Source of the DNA: Narcine bancroftii
Taxonomy: Eukaryota
Reading direction: 5' to 3'
Assembly (NCBI RefSeq): GCF_036971445.1
Contig: NC_091476.1
Location: forward strand, 81,840,001 to 81,904,000
DNA: 64,000 nt
The notes below the pieces were generated by a model, which was given only the letters and a program-made list of their open reading frames with translations, did not search any database and was not told where the DNA came from. Within the stretch, counting starts at the first letter, position 1. Each line of letters begins with the position of its first letter. Positions 12,301 to 23,540 of the stretch are shown here, piece after piece. The translations under genes were made by a program, and so were the position numbers.

Positions 12301-12427
12301 TGGCAGCCGCTCCGACCAAGTTCCTGTTCCTGATGGGGTTTCCCTCCGCCCTCCCGGGCCTCGACCTTCTGTGACCATGGGGCCGGCCGGCTCCCCTCAC
12401 CATGGCGCCGTCTACGAAGCTGGGCAG
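12300..12427 (+). other. Putative first exon of an unidentified (possibly pseudogenised or non-coding) transcript
   Basis: Strong-context ATGs at 12300, 12377 and 12402 directly after the promoter, and a candidate donor CAG|GTGGCG at 12428. No recognisable protein. Confidence 0.35.
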
Positions 12428-12539
12428 GTGGCGTTTGGCGTCGCCGTCGGCCTTCGGGTATTTACGGCGACCGATGGGACAGTCTTTCAGCTATTTACGG
12501 CTACCGACTTTCGGATGTTTCGTGGATCCGACCTTCGTA

Positions 12540-12985
12540 CCCTTGACCCCTTTGCATTGGACTCTGACCCCTGGTGACCCTGTGCATTGACTCCTGTGCA
12601 TTGAACCGTGACCCCAGGTGACCCTGTTCTTGGACGTTGACCCTTGGCGACTCTGTGCACTGGACCTTGACCCCTGTGTATTAAATCTTGACCCCTGGCG
12701 ACACCCTGCATTGGACCTCGACCCCTCTCCATTGAAGCCTGACCTCTGGTGACCCTATACCCTGACCTTGACCACCGGCGACCCTGTGCATTGGACTTTG
12801 ACCCCTGTGTGTCGAACCTTCACCTCTGTGTTGAACCTTGACCCCTGGTGACTGCATGCTGGAATTTGAACCCTGTGCATTGAATCCTGACCCCCGATGA
12901 CCCTGTGCACTGGACCTGACCCCCGTGTGTTGAACCTTGACCCTTGGGGACCCTGTGCATTGGACCTTAACCCTTCGATGACCTG
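12540..12985. repeat. Degenerate minisatellite made of TGACCC / TGTGCATTG(G/A)ACCT units
   Basis: GACCCTGTGCATTGGACCTTGACCCCTGGT-type units repeated in tandem. Confidence 0.85.
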
Positions 12986-13173
12986 GTATAGTAACATCTT
13001 GCCCCTGAACCCTGCTCCCTCTCAGATTCCAACTTTGGATTTCCTGCCAGAGCCCATGTGCAACTCACGGCAGCCCTGAGGAACACCCTTCCGTGTGGCC
13101 CATGGTGGAATTACCCCGCCTCCAAGGGGACGAGCGCCGTGAGACTCAACCGGGACCCCAGTGACACGTTGGT

Positions 13174-13305
13174 GACCTAGGCGAGGGGATGGAAAGCAAT
13201 GTGTCCGGGTTTGGAGGCAGGAACAGGAAGGAGGATAATTACCTGGAGCATTGTGCACAGTTCTGGGCTCCTCATCTGAGGAAGGACATCCTGGCCCGTG
13301 GATGG
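13174..13305 (+). mobile_element. CR1-clade LINE ORF2 (reverse transcriptase region) remnant, internally deleted
   Basis: Translates DLGEGMESNVSGFGGRNRKEDNYLEHCAQFWAPHLRKDILA. LEHCAQFWAPHLRKDILA matches the CR1 motif LEYCVQFWxPxLRKDIxALE. Confidence 0.75.
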
Positions 13306-13310
13306 GGTTC

Positions 13311-13560
13311 ACATCCCAGTAAATCTTCAGGGGATAAAGCCCCGAACCTGTTAACCCTTTCCCTGTAAATCAGTCCTGACGTCCCGGCAACATCCCAGTA
13401 AATCTACAGGGGATAAAGTCCCGAACCTGTTGAACCTTTCCCTGTAACTCAGTACCCGACGTCCAGGCAAGATCCAAGTAAATCTTCAGGGAATAAAATC
13501 CTGAACCTGTTGAACCTTTCCCGGTAACTCAAACCCTGATGTCCGGGTAACATCCCAGTA
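13311..13560. repeat. ~80-bp tandem repeat, 3 copies, apparently derived from the adjacent antisense CR1
   Basis: ACATCCCAGTAAATC-like motif at 13311, 13390, 13470 and 13550; the last copy runs into the CR1 fragment. Confidence 0.8.
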
Positions 13561-13753
13561 AATCTTCTCTGCCCTCTTTCTATCTGATTGAGATCAAAGC
13601 TGGCCTCACTGACGTCTTGTCCAATTTCACCTTAACCTCCTGTACTCGGTCCTATGGTTTATGAATGTCAATGTGCCAAAAGCTCTCTTCACGACCCCGT
13701 CCACCTATGACACCACTTTCAGGGGATTATGTCTCTGTTCCCAGATCCCTCTG
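13541..13753 (-). mobile_element. CR1-clade LINE ORF2 fragment, degraded
   Basis: Minus strand reads QRDLG/..HNPLKVVS*VDGVVKRAFGTLTFINHRTEYRR.., matching the CR1 segment QRDLGVxVHxSLKVxxQVDRVVKKAFGxLAFI. Has a stop and frameshifts. Confidence 0.8.
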
Positions 13754-13759
13754 TCCCCC

Positions 13760-14040
13760 CTTGCCCCTCAGTGTTCGACTGTTCACCATGTACACTCGAC
13801 CTCTGTCCCACCGTGCCCCTCAGTGCCTGACCGTTCACCGTGTACTCCCAACCTCTGTCCCACCGTGTCCCTCAGCGTCCAACCATTCACCATGTACGTC
13901 CAACCTCTGTCCCACCGAGTCCCACGGCACCCGACCGTTCACCATGTACACCCGACCTCTGCCCCACTGCGCCCCTCAGCACCCAACTGTCCACCACGTA
14001 CGCCTGACCTCTGTTCCACTGTGCCCCTCAGTGCCCGGCC
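13760..14040. repeat. ~52-bp minisatellite (CCGTTCACCATGTACACCCGACCTCTGTCCCACCGTGCCCCTCAG...), ~5 copies
   Basis: GTTCACC at 13781, 13833 and ~13937. Shares the CCGTTCACCRTGT core with the 47-bp minisatellite. Confidence 0.85.
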
Positions 14041-14114
14041 TCTGTAATCCTGGACGTGGGGACAGTCGGGAGGTGGGTGGATGCCCTTAATCAGACCAGC
14101 TGAAGTGTTTACAG

Positions 14115-14209
14115 TTTCTTTCATGGTGACCTGTGTAAACAGAGGAAGCTGCCTTGGAGCATCTTCTGCCAGTGCCCCGCGGGGTGCAGACGTCTATAGT
14201 GTGAGATGA
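14115..14209 (+). pseudogene. Decayed EGF-like module exon (phase 1-1)
   Basis: tttacAG|, then (V)SFMVTCVNRGSCLGAS/frameshift/CQCPAGCRRL*CEM, then |GTGAGT. Length is 95 nt, i.e. a 96-nt EGF exon minus one base. Retains C-x-N-x-G-x-C...C-x-C-P-x-G...C-E spacing. Confidence 0.55.
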
Positions 14210-14329
14210 GTGAGTGGGCTGGGATCAGTCTGTGCTGGTCAGAAATGTCTCCATATCCTGCACTGGGAGTGCGGTTACCCGGTCTCTGTGTCCCGCACAC
14301 GGTTCCCCCATTCTCCGAATCTCACATAC

Positions 14330-15497
14330 GGATCCCCCGGTCTCAGTATCCCGCATGCAGATCCCCCGGTCTCTGTATCCCGCACGCGGATCCCCCGGTC
14401 TCTGTATCCCGCACGCGGATCCCCCGGTCTCTGTATCCCGCACGTGGATCCCCCGGTCTCTGTATCCCGCACGCGGATCCCCCGGTCTCTGTATCCCGCA
14501 CGCGGATCCCCCGGTCTCTGTATCCCGCACGCGGATCCCCCGGTCTCTGTATCCCGCACACGGATCCCCCGGTCTCTGTATCCCGCACGCGGATCCCCCG
14601 GTCTCTGTATCCCGCACGCGGATCCCCCGGTCTCTGTACCCCGCACGAGGATCCCCCGGTCTCTGTACCCCGCACGCGGATCCCCCGGTCTCTGTATCCC
14701 GCACGCGGATCCCCCGGTCTCTGTATCCCGCACGCGGATCCCCCGGTGTCTGTCTCCCGCACGCGGATCCCCCGGTCTCTGTCTCCCGCACGCGGATCCC
14801 CCGGTCTCTGTCTCCCGCACGCGGATCCCCCGGTCTCTGTCTCCCGCACGCGGATCCCCCGGTCTCTGTCTCCCGCACGCGGATCCCCCGGTCTCTGTCT
14901 CCCGCACGCGGATCCCCCGGTCTCTGTCTCCCGCACGCGGATCCCCCGGTCTCTGTCTCCCGCACGCGGATCCCCCGGTCTCTGTCTCCCGCACGCGGAT
15001 CCCCCGGTCTCTGTCTCCCGCACGCGGATCCCCCGGTCTCTGTCTCCCGCACGCGGATCCCCCGGTCTCTGTCTCCCGCACGCGGATCCCCCGGTCTCTG
15101 TCTCCCGCACGCGGATCCCCCGGTCTCTGTCTCCCGCACGCGGATCCCCCGGTCTCTGTCTCCCGCACGCGGATCCCCCGGTCTCTGTCTCCCGCACGCG
15201 GATCCCCCGGTCTCTGTCTCCCGCACGCGGATCCCCCGGTCTCTGTCTCCCGCACGCGGATCCCCCGGTCTCTGTCTCCCGCACGCGGATCCCCCGGTCT
15301 CTGTCTCCCGCACGCGGATCCCCCGGTCTCTGTCTCCCGCACGCGGATCCCCCGGTCTCTGTCTCCCGCACGCGGATCCCCCGGTCTCTGTCTCCCGCAC
15401 GCGGATCCCCCGGTCTCTGTCTCCCGCACGCGGATCCCCCGGTCTCTGTCTCCCGCACGCGGATCCCCCGGTCTCTGTCTCCCGCACGCGGATCCCA
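14330..15497. repeat. Highly homogeneous 29-bp VNTR GGATCCCCCGGTCTCTGT(A/C)TCCCGCACGC, ~40 copies
   Basis: Near-perfect tandem copies. The unit has no stop codon in any frame, which explains the six overlapping 420-516 aa ORFs. Confidence 0.98.
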
Positions 15498-15550
15498 TGG
15501 CTCCGTATCCCACAGTGGGATAATTAACCGTATACAACCACTCTCTACAG

Positions 15551-15638
15551 ATCCGTGTGTGTCCCATCTTGAGTCCAAAGGTGTGTGTCTCTCCCAACAC
15601 CTGTAGGTCAAGATGGACAGGAACGCAGTGTGAATCTG
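15551..15638 (+). pseudogene. Second decayed EGF-like module exon
   Basis: ctctctacAG|, then VCVPS*../VCVSPNTCRSRWTGTQCES, then phase-1 G|GTGAGT. Resembles C-V-x-P-N-x-C-x-C-x-x-G-W-T-G-x-x-C-E with one xC pair deleted. Confidence 0.45.
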
Positions 15639-15670
15639 GTGAGTGGATCAAATTCCAGTCTAACATCAAC

Positions 15671-18600
15671 CCTCCCTGTCTCTGTAACCCCCTCCGGTCC
15701 CCGACACCCCTCTCTGACTCTGTAACCTCCTCTGTTGCCTGACACCCCTCCCTGTTTTCTGTAACCCCCTCTGATCCCCTACACCCCTCCATGTCTTTGT
15801 AACTACTTCTGGTCCCCGACACCACTCCCTGTCTCTGTTACCCACTCCGGTCCCCAAAACCCCACCCTGTCTCAGTAACCACCTCCGGTCCCCAAAACCC
15901 CACCCTGTCTTAGTAACCATCTCCAGTCCCCAATACCCCTCCCTGTCTCTGGAACCACCTCCGGGTTCCCTCCACCCCTCCCTGTCTCTGTCACTCCCTC
16001 CGGTCCCCTACATCCCTCCCTATCTCTGTAACCACCTCCGGTCCCCGACACCTCTCCCAGTCTCTGTAACCCACAACAGTCCCAAAAACCCCTCACTGTC
16101 TCTGTATACACCCTCTGGAACCCGACACCCCTACCCGTCACTGTAACCCCCTCCGGTCCCCTATTCCCTGTATCTGTAAACCCCTCTGGTCCCCTACACT
16201 CCTCCCTGTCTCTGTAACCCTCTCCGGTCCCCTACACTCCTCCCTGTCTGCAACAGCCTCTGGGTTCCCTACACCCCTCCCTGTCTCTGTAACTCTCTCC
16301 GGTCCCCTACACTCCTCCCTGTCTGCAACAGCCTCTGGGTTCCCTACACCCCTCCCTGTCTCTGTAACCCTCTCTGGTCCCCAACACCCCTCCCTATTCT
16401 GTAACCCACTTCGGTCCCTGATACTCCTCCCTGTCTCTGTAACCCCCTAGGGGTTCCCTACACCCCTCCCCGTGTCCATAACCCTCACATCCCTCTCAGA
16501 CTCTGTAACCTCCTCCGTCACACGACACCCCTCCCTGTCTCTGTAACACCATCCGGTCCCCTACACCCAACCATGTCTCTGTAAACTCTTCCGGTTCCTG
16601 ACAGCTCTCACTGTCTCTGTATCCCACTACAGGTTCCCTACCCCATGTTTCTGTAACCTCCTCCGGTCCCTTACATCCTTCCCTGACTCTGTGACCTCCT
16701 CCATTTCTCGATACCTCTCCCTGTCTCTATAACCCTCTCTGGTCACCTACACCCCTCATTGACTTAATAATCCCCTACGGTCCCAGTCATCCCTCCCTTT
16801 CATCAAAAGACACTACGGTCCCTTACACCATACCCTATCTCTGTCACCCACTCCATTCCCCAACACCCCTCCCTGTCTGTAACCCCCTCCGGTACCCGAC
16901 ATCCCTCCCTGTGTCTGTAACCCCCTGTGGTCCACTATACCCCTACATGTTTTTGTCACCCCATCTGCTCCCAGACTCCCCTCCCCGTCTCTAAGCCCCT
17001 CCGGTCCCTTACACCCCTCCCTGTTTCTGTAACCAGCTCCTGTCCCCGACACACCTCCCTGTCTCTGTAACCCCCTACGGTGCCTGACATCCCTCTCTGA
17101 CTCTGTTGCCCACTCCGGTCCCCTACACTCTTTCCTTTCTTTGTAACTCCCTCTGGTCCCCGACTCCTCTATCCGTCTCTAACTCCCTCCAGTCCCCGAT
17201 ACACCTAGCCGTTTCTATAACCCGCTCCGGTCCCTGACACCCCTTCCCATCTCTGTAACCCTCTCCGGGTTCCCTACATCCCTCCCGTCCCTGTAACCCC
17301 TTCCGGTCCCCTACACCGCTGCCTGTCTCTGTAACACCCTCCGGTCCCCTACACTGCTGCCTGTCTCTGTAACACCCTCCGGTCCCCTACACCCTGCCTG
17401 TCTCTGTAACCCCCTCTGGGTTGCCGACACACCGACCTGTCACTGTAAACCGCCCCCTGGTCGCCGACACCCTCCGGTCCCCAAAACCACTCCCTGTATC
17501 TCTATTCCCCTCCGGTCCCTGAAACCACACCCCGTCTCTAACCCACTCCGGTCCCCAACTTCCCTCCCGTTCACTTTAAGACCCTCCTGTACCCTACATC
17601 CTTTCCCATCTCTGTAACGCCCCACCGTCCCCGACACCCTCCCCCCTTCTCTGTAACCCCCCTCTCGGACTATGTAACATGCTCCATGGTCCAACACCCC
17701 TCCCTGTTTTTTCTAACACACTCCAGTGCCCTACACCCCTCCCAGTCTTTGTAACCCCCACCAGTCCCTGACACCTCTCTCTGTCTTTGAAACCCCCGAT
17801 GGTCCTAAAAACCCCTCTCTGTCCTAGTAACCCCCCTCCGGATCGCGACACCCCTACCCGTCTCTGTAACCCCCTCCGGTCACCTACACCCCTACCTGTC
17901 CCTGCAATGCCATGCGGTCCCCGACAACCCTCCCCATCTCTGTAACCCCCTCCGGGTTACCTATACGACTTGTCTCTGTCACCCCCTCTGGTCCCTTACA
18001 TCCCTCCCCGTCTCTGTAACCCATCCCGGACCCCGACTCCCCTCCCCGTCTCTGTAACCCTCTCCGGTTTCCCTGTACCCCTCTCTGTATCTGTAACCCC
18101 CACCAATGCCCTACATCCCTCCCTGTCTCTGTAACCCCCCCCCTCGGGTCTCCAACACACATTCCTGTCTCTGTATTCCACTCTGGTCCCTGACACCCCT
18201 CCCCGTCTCTGTAACCCCCCTCCGGGATCCCAACACCCCTCCCCATCTCTGTAACCACATCCAGAACCCTGACACCCCTCCCTGCCTCTGTAACCCCTTA
18301 TGGTCTCCAAAACCCCTCCCTATCTCTGTAATCCCCTCCAGACCCCAACACCCCTAACCGTATCTGTAACCTCCTCCGGACTCCGACACCCCTCCCCTTC
18401 TCTAAAAGACCCTCCGGTCCCCTACACCCCTCCCTGTCTCTTAAGCCCCTCCAATCCCTGACTCCCCTCCTTATCTCAGTGACACCCTGCGGTCACTACA
18501 CCTCTCCCTCTCTCTGTCAACCACTCCGGTCAACGACACCCACTCCGGTCCCTGACAACCCTCCATGTCTCTGTAACCCCCTCCAGGGCCCTGACCCCTC

Positions 18601-21600
18601 CCCAACTCGGTAACCCACTCCTGTACCCGACACCCCTCTCTGACTCTGTAAACTCCTCTCGCCTGACACCCCTCCCTGTTTTATGTAATCCCCTACACCC
18701 CTCCCTGTCTTTGTAACCCCCTCTGGTCCCGACCCGTCTCTAACTCCTTCCAGTCCCCGATACACCAAGCCGTTTCTATAACACGCTCCGGTTCCCGACA
18801 CCCATTCCCATCTCTGTAACCCTCTCCGGGTTCCCTATATCCCTCCCCGTCTCTGTAACCCCTTCCGTTCCCTACACTGCTTGTCTCTGAAACTCCCTCC
18901 AGTCCCCTACACACCTGCTTGTCTCTGAAATCCCTCCGGTCGCCTACACACCTCCCTGCCTTTGTAACTCCCTCCAGTCCCTGTCACCCCATCATGTCTC
19001 TGTAACCATCTCCGTTATCGACAGCCCACCTCGTCTCTGTAACCCACTTCGGTCGCCGACATCCCTCCCTGTCTCTGAAACCCCTCAGGTCCCTAACAAC
19101 CCTCACTGTCTCTGTAACCGACTCCGGTACCTGACGCCCCTCTCTGATTCTATTACCTGGTCCAGGTCCCTACACCCCTCCCTGTCTTTGTAAGCCCCTC
19201 TGGTCCCCGACTCCCCTACCCGTCTCTAACTCCCTCCGGTCCCCGATACACGTAGCCGTTTCTATAACCCGCTCTGATCCCTGACACCCCTTCTCATCTC
19301 TGTAACTCTCTCCGGGTTCGCTACATCCCTCCCCGATCTGTAACCCACTCCGGTCTCCTACACCCCTCCCGTCTCTGTTACCCATGCCGGTCCCCGACAC
19401 CCCTCCATGTCTCTGTAACCCCCTCCAGGACCCCAACACCCCTCCTGAACTCTGTAAACTCCTCCGTCGCCTGACACCCCTCCCTGTTTTCTGTAATCCC
19501 CTACACCCCTCTCTGTCTTTTTAAACCCCGACTACCTTCCCCATCTCTAACCCCCTCCAGTCCCCGACATCCCTCTCTGTAACTGTAACGCCCTACCATC
19601 CCCCAAAACCCTCCCTGTCTCTGTAATCCACTCTGGTCTGCGACACCCCTAACCATCTCTGTAACCACCTCCGATCCCCTACATCCCTCCCTGATGCTGT
19701 AATACTATCCAGTCTCCTACCCCCCGCTATGTCTCTGGGTCACCCCCTCCGGTTCCTGACAGCCGTTCCGTCTCTGTAATGCCCTACGGATTCACTACAC
19801 CCCTCTCTGTCTCTGTAACCCTCTCCGGTCCCCGACACCCCTCCCTGTCACTGTATCCCCTTCCGTACTCCAACACCCCTTCCCTTCTCTGTAATACCTT
19901 CCTGTCCCTAACACCCCTCCCCGTCTCTAAGCCCCTCCAGTGCCTGACGCCCCTCCCTATCTCTGTTACACCCTGTGGTCATTTACACCTCTCCCTGTCT
20001 CTGTCAGCCACTCCGGTCAATGACCCCCTCCCTGTCTCTGTAACCCCCCACTCTGCCCCGACATCCCTCCCTGTCTCTTACCCACTCCGCTCCCTGACAC
20101 TCCTCCATGTCTCTGTAACCCCCTCCGGTCCCTGACACCCCATCATGTCTCTGTAACCCTCTCCGGTACCCGACAGCCCACCCCATCTCTGTAACCCACT
20201 CTGGTCGCCGATATCCCACCCCGTCTCTGAACCCCTTCAGGTCCCTGACAACTCTCACAGTCTCTGTAACCCCCTCCGGTGCCCGACACCCTTCTCTGAT
20301 TCTGTTACCCGCTCCAGGTCCCCACACCCCTCCCTGTCTTTGTAATCCCCTCTGGTCCCCGACTCCCCTACCCGTCTCTAACTCCCTCCGGTCCTCAATA
20401 TACCTAGCTGTTTCTATAACCCGCTCCGGTCCCTGACATCCCTTCCCATCTCTGTAACCCTCTCTGGGTTCTCAACATCTCTCCCCGTCTCTGTAACCCC
20501 TTCCGGTCCCCTACACTCCTGCCTGTCTCTGAAACCCCCTCCAGGACCCCGACACCCTTCCTCAACTCTGTAACCCACTCTGGTACCCGACACCCCTCTC
20601 TGACTCTGTAAACTCCTCCATTGCCTAACACCCCTCCCTGTTTTCTGTAATCCCCTAGAGCCCTCTCTGTCTTTTTAAACCCCGACTACCTTCCCGCCTC
20701 TAAACCCCGCCAGTCCTCGACATCCCTCTCTGTAACTGTAACCCCCTAACGTCCCCCAAAACCCTCCCTGTCTCTGTAACCCCCTCTGGTCCCCTACATC
20801 CCTCCCTGTCTCTGTAACACCATCCAGTCCCCTACCCCCCACCATGTCTCTGTTACCCCCTCTGGTTCCCGACAGCCCTTCTGTCTCTGTAACACACTAC
20901 GGGTTCATTACACCCCTCCATGTCTCTAACTCCATCCGGTCCCCTAGACCCCTCACTGTCTTTGTAACCCCTTCGATCCCTGACACCCCATCATGTCTCT
21001 ATAACCCTCTCCGGTACCCGACACTCCTCCCCGTCTCTGTAACCCCTTCTGGTCCCCTACACCCCTGCCTGTCTCTGAAACACCCTCCGGTCCCCTACAC
21101 CCCTGCCTGTCTGTGTAACCCCCTCCAGGTTCCCGACACATCCATCCGTCACAATAAAACCCCACCCTGGTCCCCGACACCCTTCCCTGTCTCTGAAACA
21201 ACCTCCGTTCCCCGACACCTCTCCCTGTCTCTGTATCTCCCTCTGGTCCCCAACACCATACCCTGTCTCTGTAACCTCCTCCGGTGTCTGATACTCCTCT
21301 CTGACTCTGTATCCTACTCTGGTGCCCTACACCCTTCCCTGTCTTTGTAACCTCCTCTGGTCCCTGACTCCCCTCCCCGTCTCTAACTCCCTCTGGTCCT
21401 CGACACCCCTGTAACCCTCTCCGGTACCAGACACCCCTCCCCTTCTCTGTAACCTCCCCCCTCCCCTCGGACTATGTGTAGTCCGGAGTGGCTCCGTGGC
21501 TGAACACCCCTCCCCATCTCAGTATCCCCCTCCGGGTCTGCAAATCCCTTCCCCGTCTCTGTAACCCTCTCCGGTTTCCCAATACCCCTCCCTGTATCAG

Positions 21601-23540
21601 TAAACCCCACCAGTGCCCTACATCCCTTCCCATCTCTGTAACCCCTTGCGGGACCCTGACACCCCTCCCCATCTCTGTAACCCGATCCGGGAACCTGACA
21701 CCCCTCCCTGCCTCTGTAACCCCCTATGGTCCCCAAAACCCCTCCCTGTTTCTGTAACCCCTTCCAGTCCTCAAAACCCCAAACCGTCTCTGTCACCTCC
21801 TCCGGGCTCCGAAACCCCTCCACTTATCTGAAAGACCCTACATCCCACCCCGTCTCTGAGCCCCTCCAGTCCCTGACTCCCCTCCCTATCTCTGTTACAC
21901 GCTGCGGTCACTTACACCTCTCCCTCTCTCTGTAAACCACTCCGGTCAACGACATCCCTCCCTGTCTCTGTTACCCACTCCGGTCCCCGACACCCTTCCA
22001 TGTCTCTGTAACCCCCTCCAGGACCCCGACACCCCTCCCCAACTCTAACGCCCTCCGGTACCCGACACCCCTCTCTGACTCTGTAAACTCCTCCGTCGCC
22101 TGACACCCCTCCCTGTCTTTTTAAATCCCTACTACCTTCCCCGTCCCTAACGTACCCCAAAACCCTCCCTGTCTCTGTAACCCCCTCTGGTCCGTGACTC
22201 CCCTGCCCGTCTCTGTAACCACCTTCGGTCCCCTACATCCCTCCCTGAATCTGTAACACCATCCAGTCCTCTATCCCCTGTTATGTCTCTGTTAGCCACT
22301 CTGGTTCCCGACAGCCCATCCGTCTCTGTAACCCCCTACGGGTTCACTACACCCCTCCCTGTCTCTGTAACCCCTTCCAGACTCCGAAACCCTTCCCTTC
22401 TCTGTAATACCCTCCGGTCCCCAAAACCCCTCCCTGTCTCAAAGCCCCTCCAGTGCCCGACACCCCTCCCTATCTCTGTTACACCCTGTGGTCACTTACA
22501 CCTCGCTCTGTCTCTGTCAACCACTCCGGTCAACGACACCCCTCCTTGTTTCTGTAACCCCCCCCCACAAGTCCCCAACTTCCCTCCCTGTTTCTTTTAC
22601 CCACTCCGCTCACTGACACCCCTCCATGTCTCTGTAACTCCTTACGGTCCTCGACACCCTTCCCCGTCTCTGTAACTCCATCCAGTCCCCTAGATCCCTC
22701 CATGTCTTTGTAACCCCCTCCGGTCCCTGACACCCATTATGTCTCTGTAACCCTCTCCAGGTCCCCGACAGCCCACCCCATCTCTGAATCCACTTCGGTC
22801 CCAAACAACCCTCCCTGTCTCTGTCACCCACTGCGGTCCCCGACACCCCTCACTGTCTACGTAATCCCCTACGGGTTCCCCACACCCTTCCCAGTCTCTG
22901 AAACCACCACTGGTCCCCCTACACGCCTTCCTGTCTCTGTAACCCCCTCCAGTTCCCAACACCCCTCCCCATCTCTGTAACCCCCTCTGGGTCTGCAACA
23001 CCCTTCCCTGTCTCTGTAATCCCCTGCAGTCCCTATCACCCCCACCCGTCTCTGGTACCAGAAACGCCACCCGTTCCTATAACCCCCCTCCGGTCCTCGA
23101 CATGCCACCTGTCTAAGTAACCCGCTTCAGTTACCGACACCCCTCCCTGTCTCTGTAACTCCCTCCGGTGCCTGACACCCCTTCCCATCTCTGTAACCCT
23201 CTCTGGGTTCCCTACACCCTTCCCTGTCTCTGTAACACTCTCCGGGTTCACTACACCCCTCCCTGTCTCTGTAACCCACTCAGGTCCACTGCACACCTCC
23301 CTGTATCCGTAACCCACTCCGATCCCCAACACATCTCCCTCTATCTGCAATGCCCCTCCAGTCCCTGACACCCCGACCCATCTCTGTAACCCCCTTCGGG
23401 CACCTGACACCCTTCCCCATCTCTGTAACCCGCTGTAACCCAGACACACCACCTGTCTCTGTAACCAGCTTCAATCCCCGACACACCTCCCTGTCTCTGT
23501 AACCCCCTCCGTTCCTGGACACCCCTCCCCATCTCTGTAA
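15671..23540. repeat. Diverged ~38-bp C-rich satellite, consensus CCTGTCTCTGTAACCCCCTCCGGTCCCCGACACCCCTC
   Basis: Unit recurs continuously for ~7.9 kb, with longer internal duplications. Confidence 0.95.

Noticed and set aside
12372-12374. In-frame TGA as possible selenocysteine
   Set aside because: No selenoprotein motif and no identifiable SECIS element.
13026-13140. Possible coding exon after the acceptor at 13025
   Set aside because: No frame gives a recognisable protein and the donor is weak; kept only as part of the orphan-exon hypothesis.
14206-15825. Six overlapping 420-516 aa ORFs
   Set aside because: They arise from a stop-free 29-bp unit; the same periodic peptide appears in all frames.
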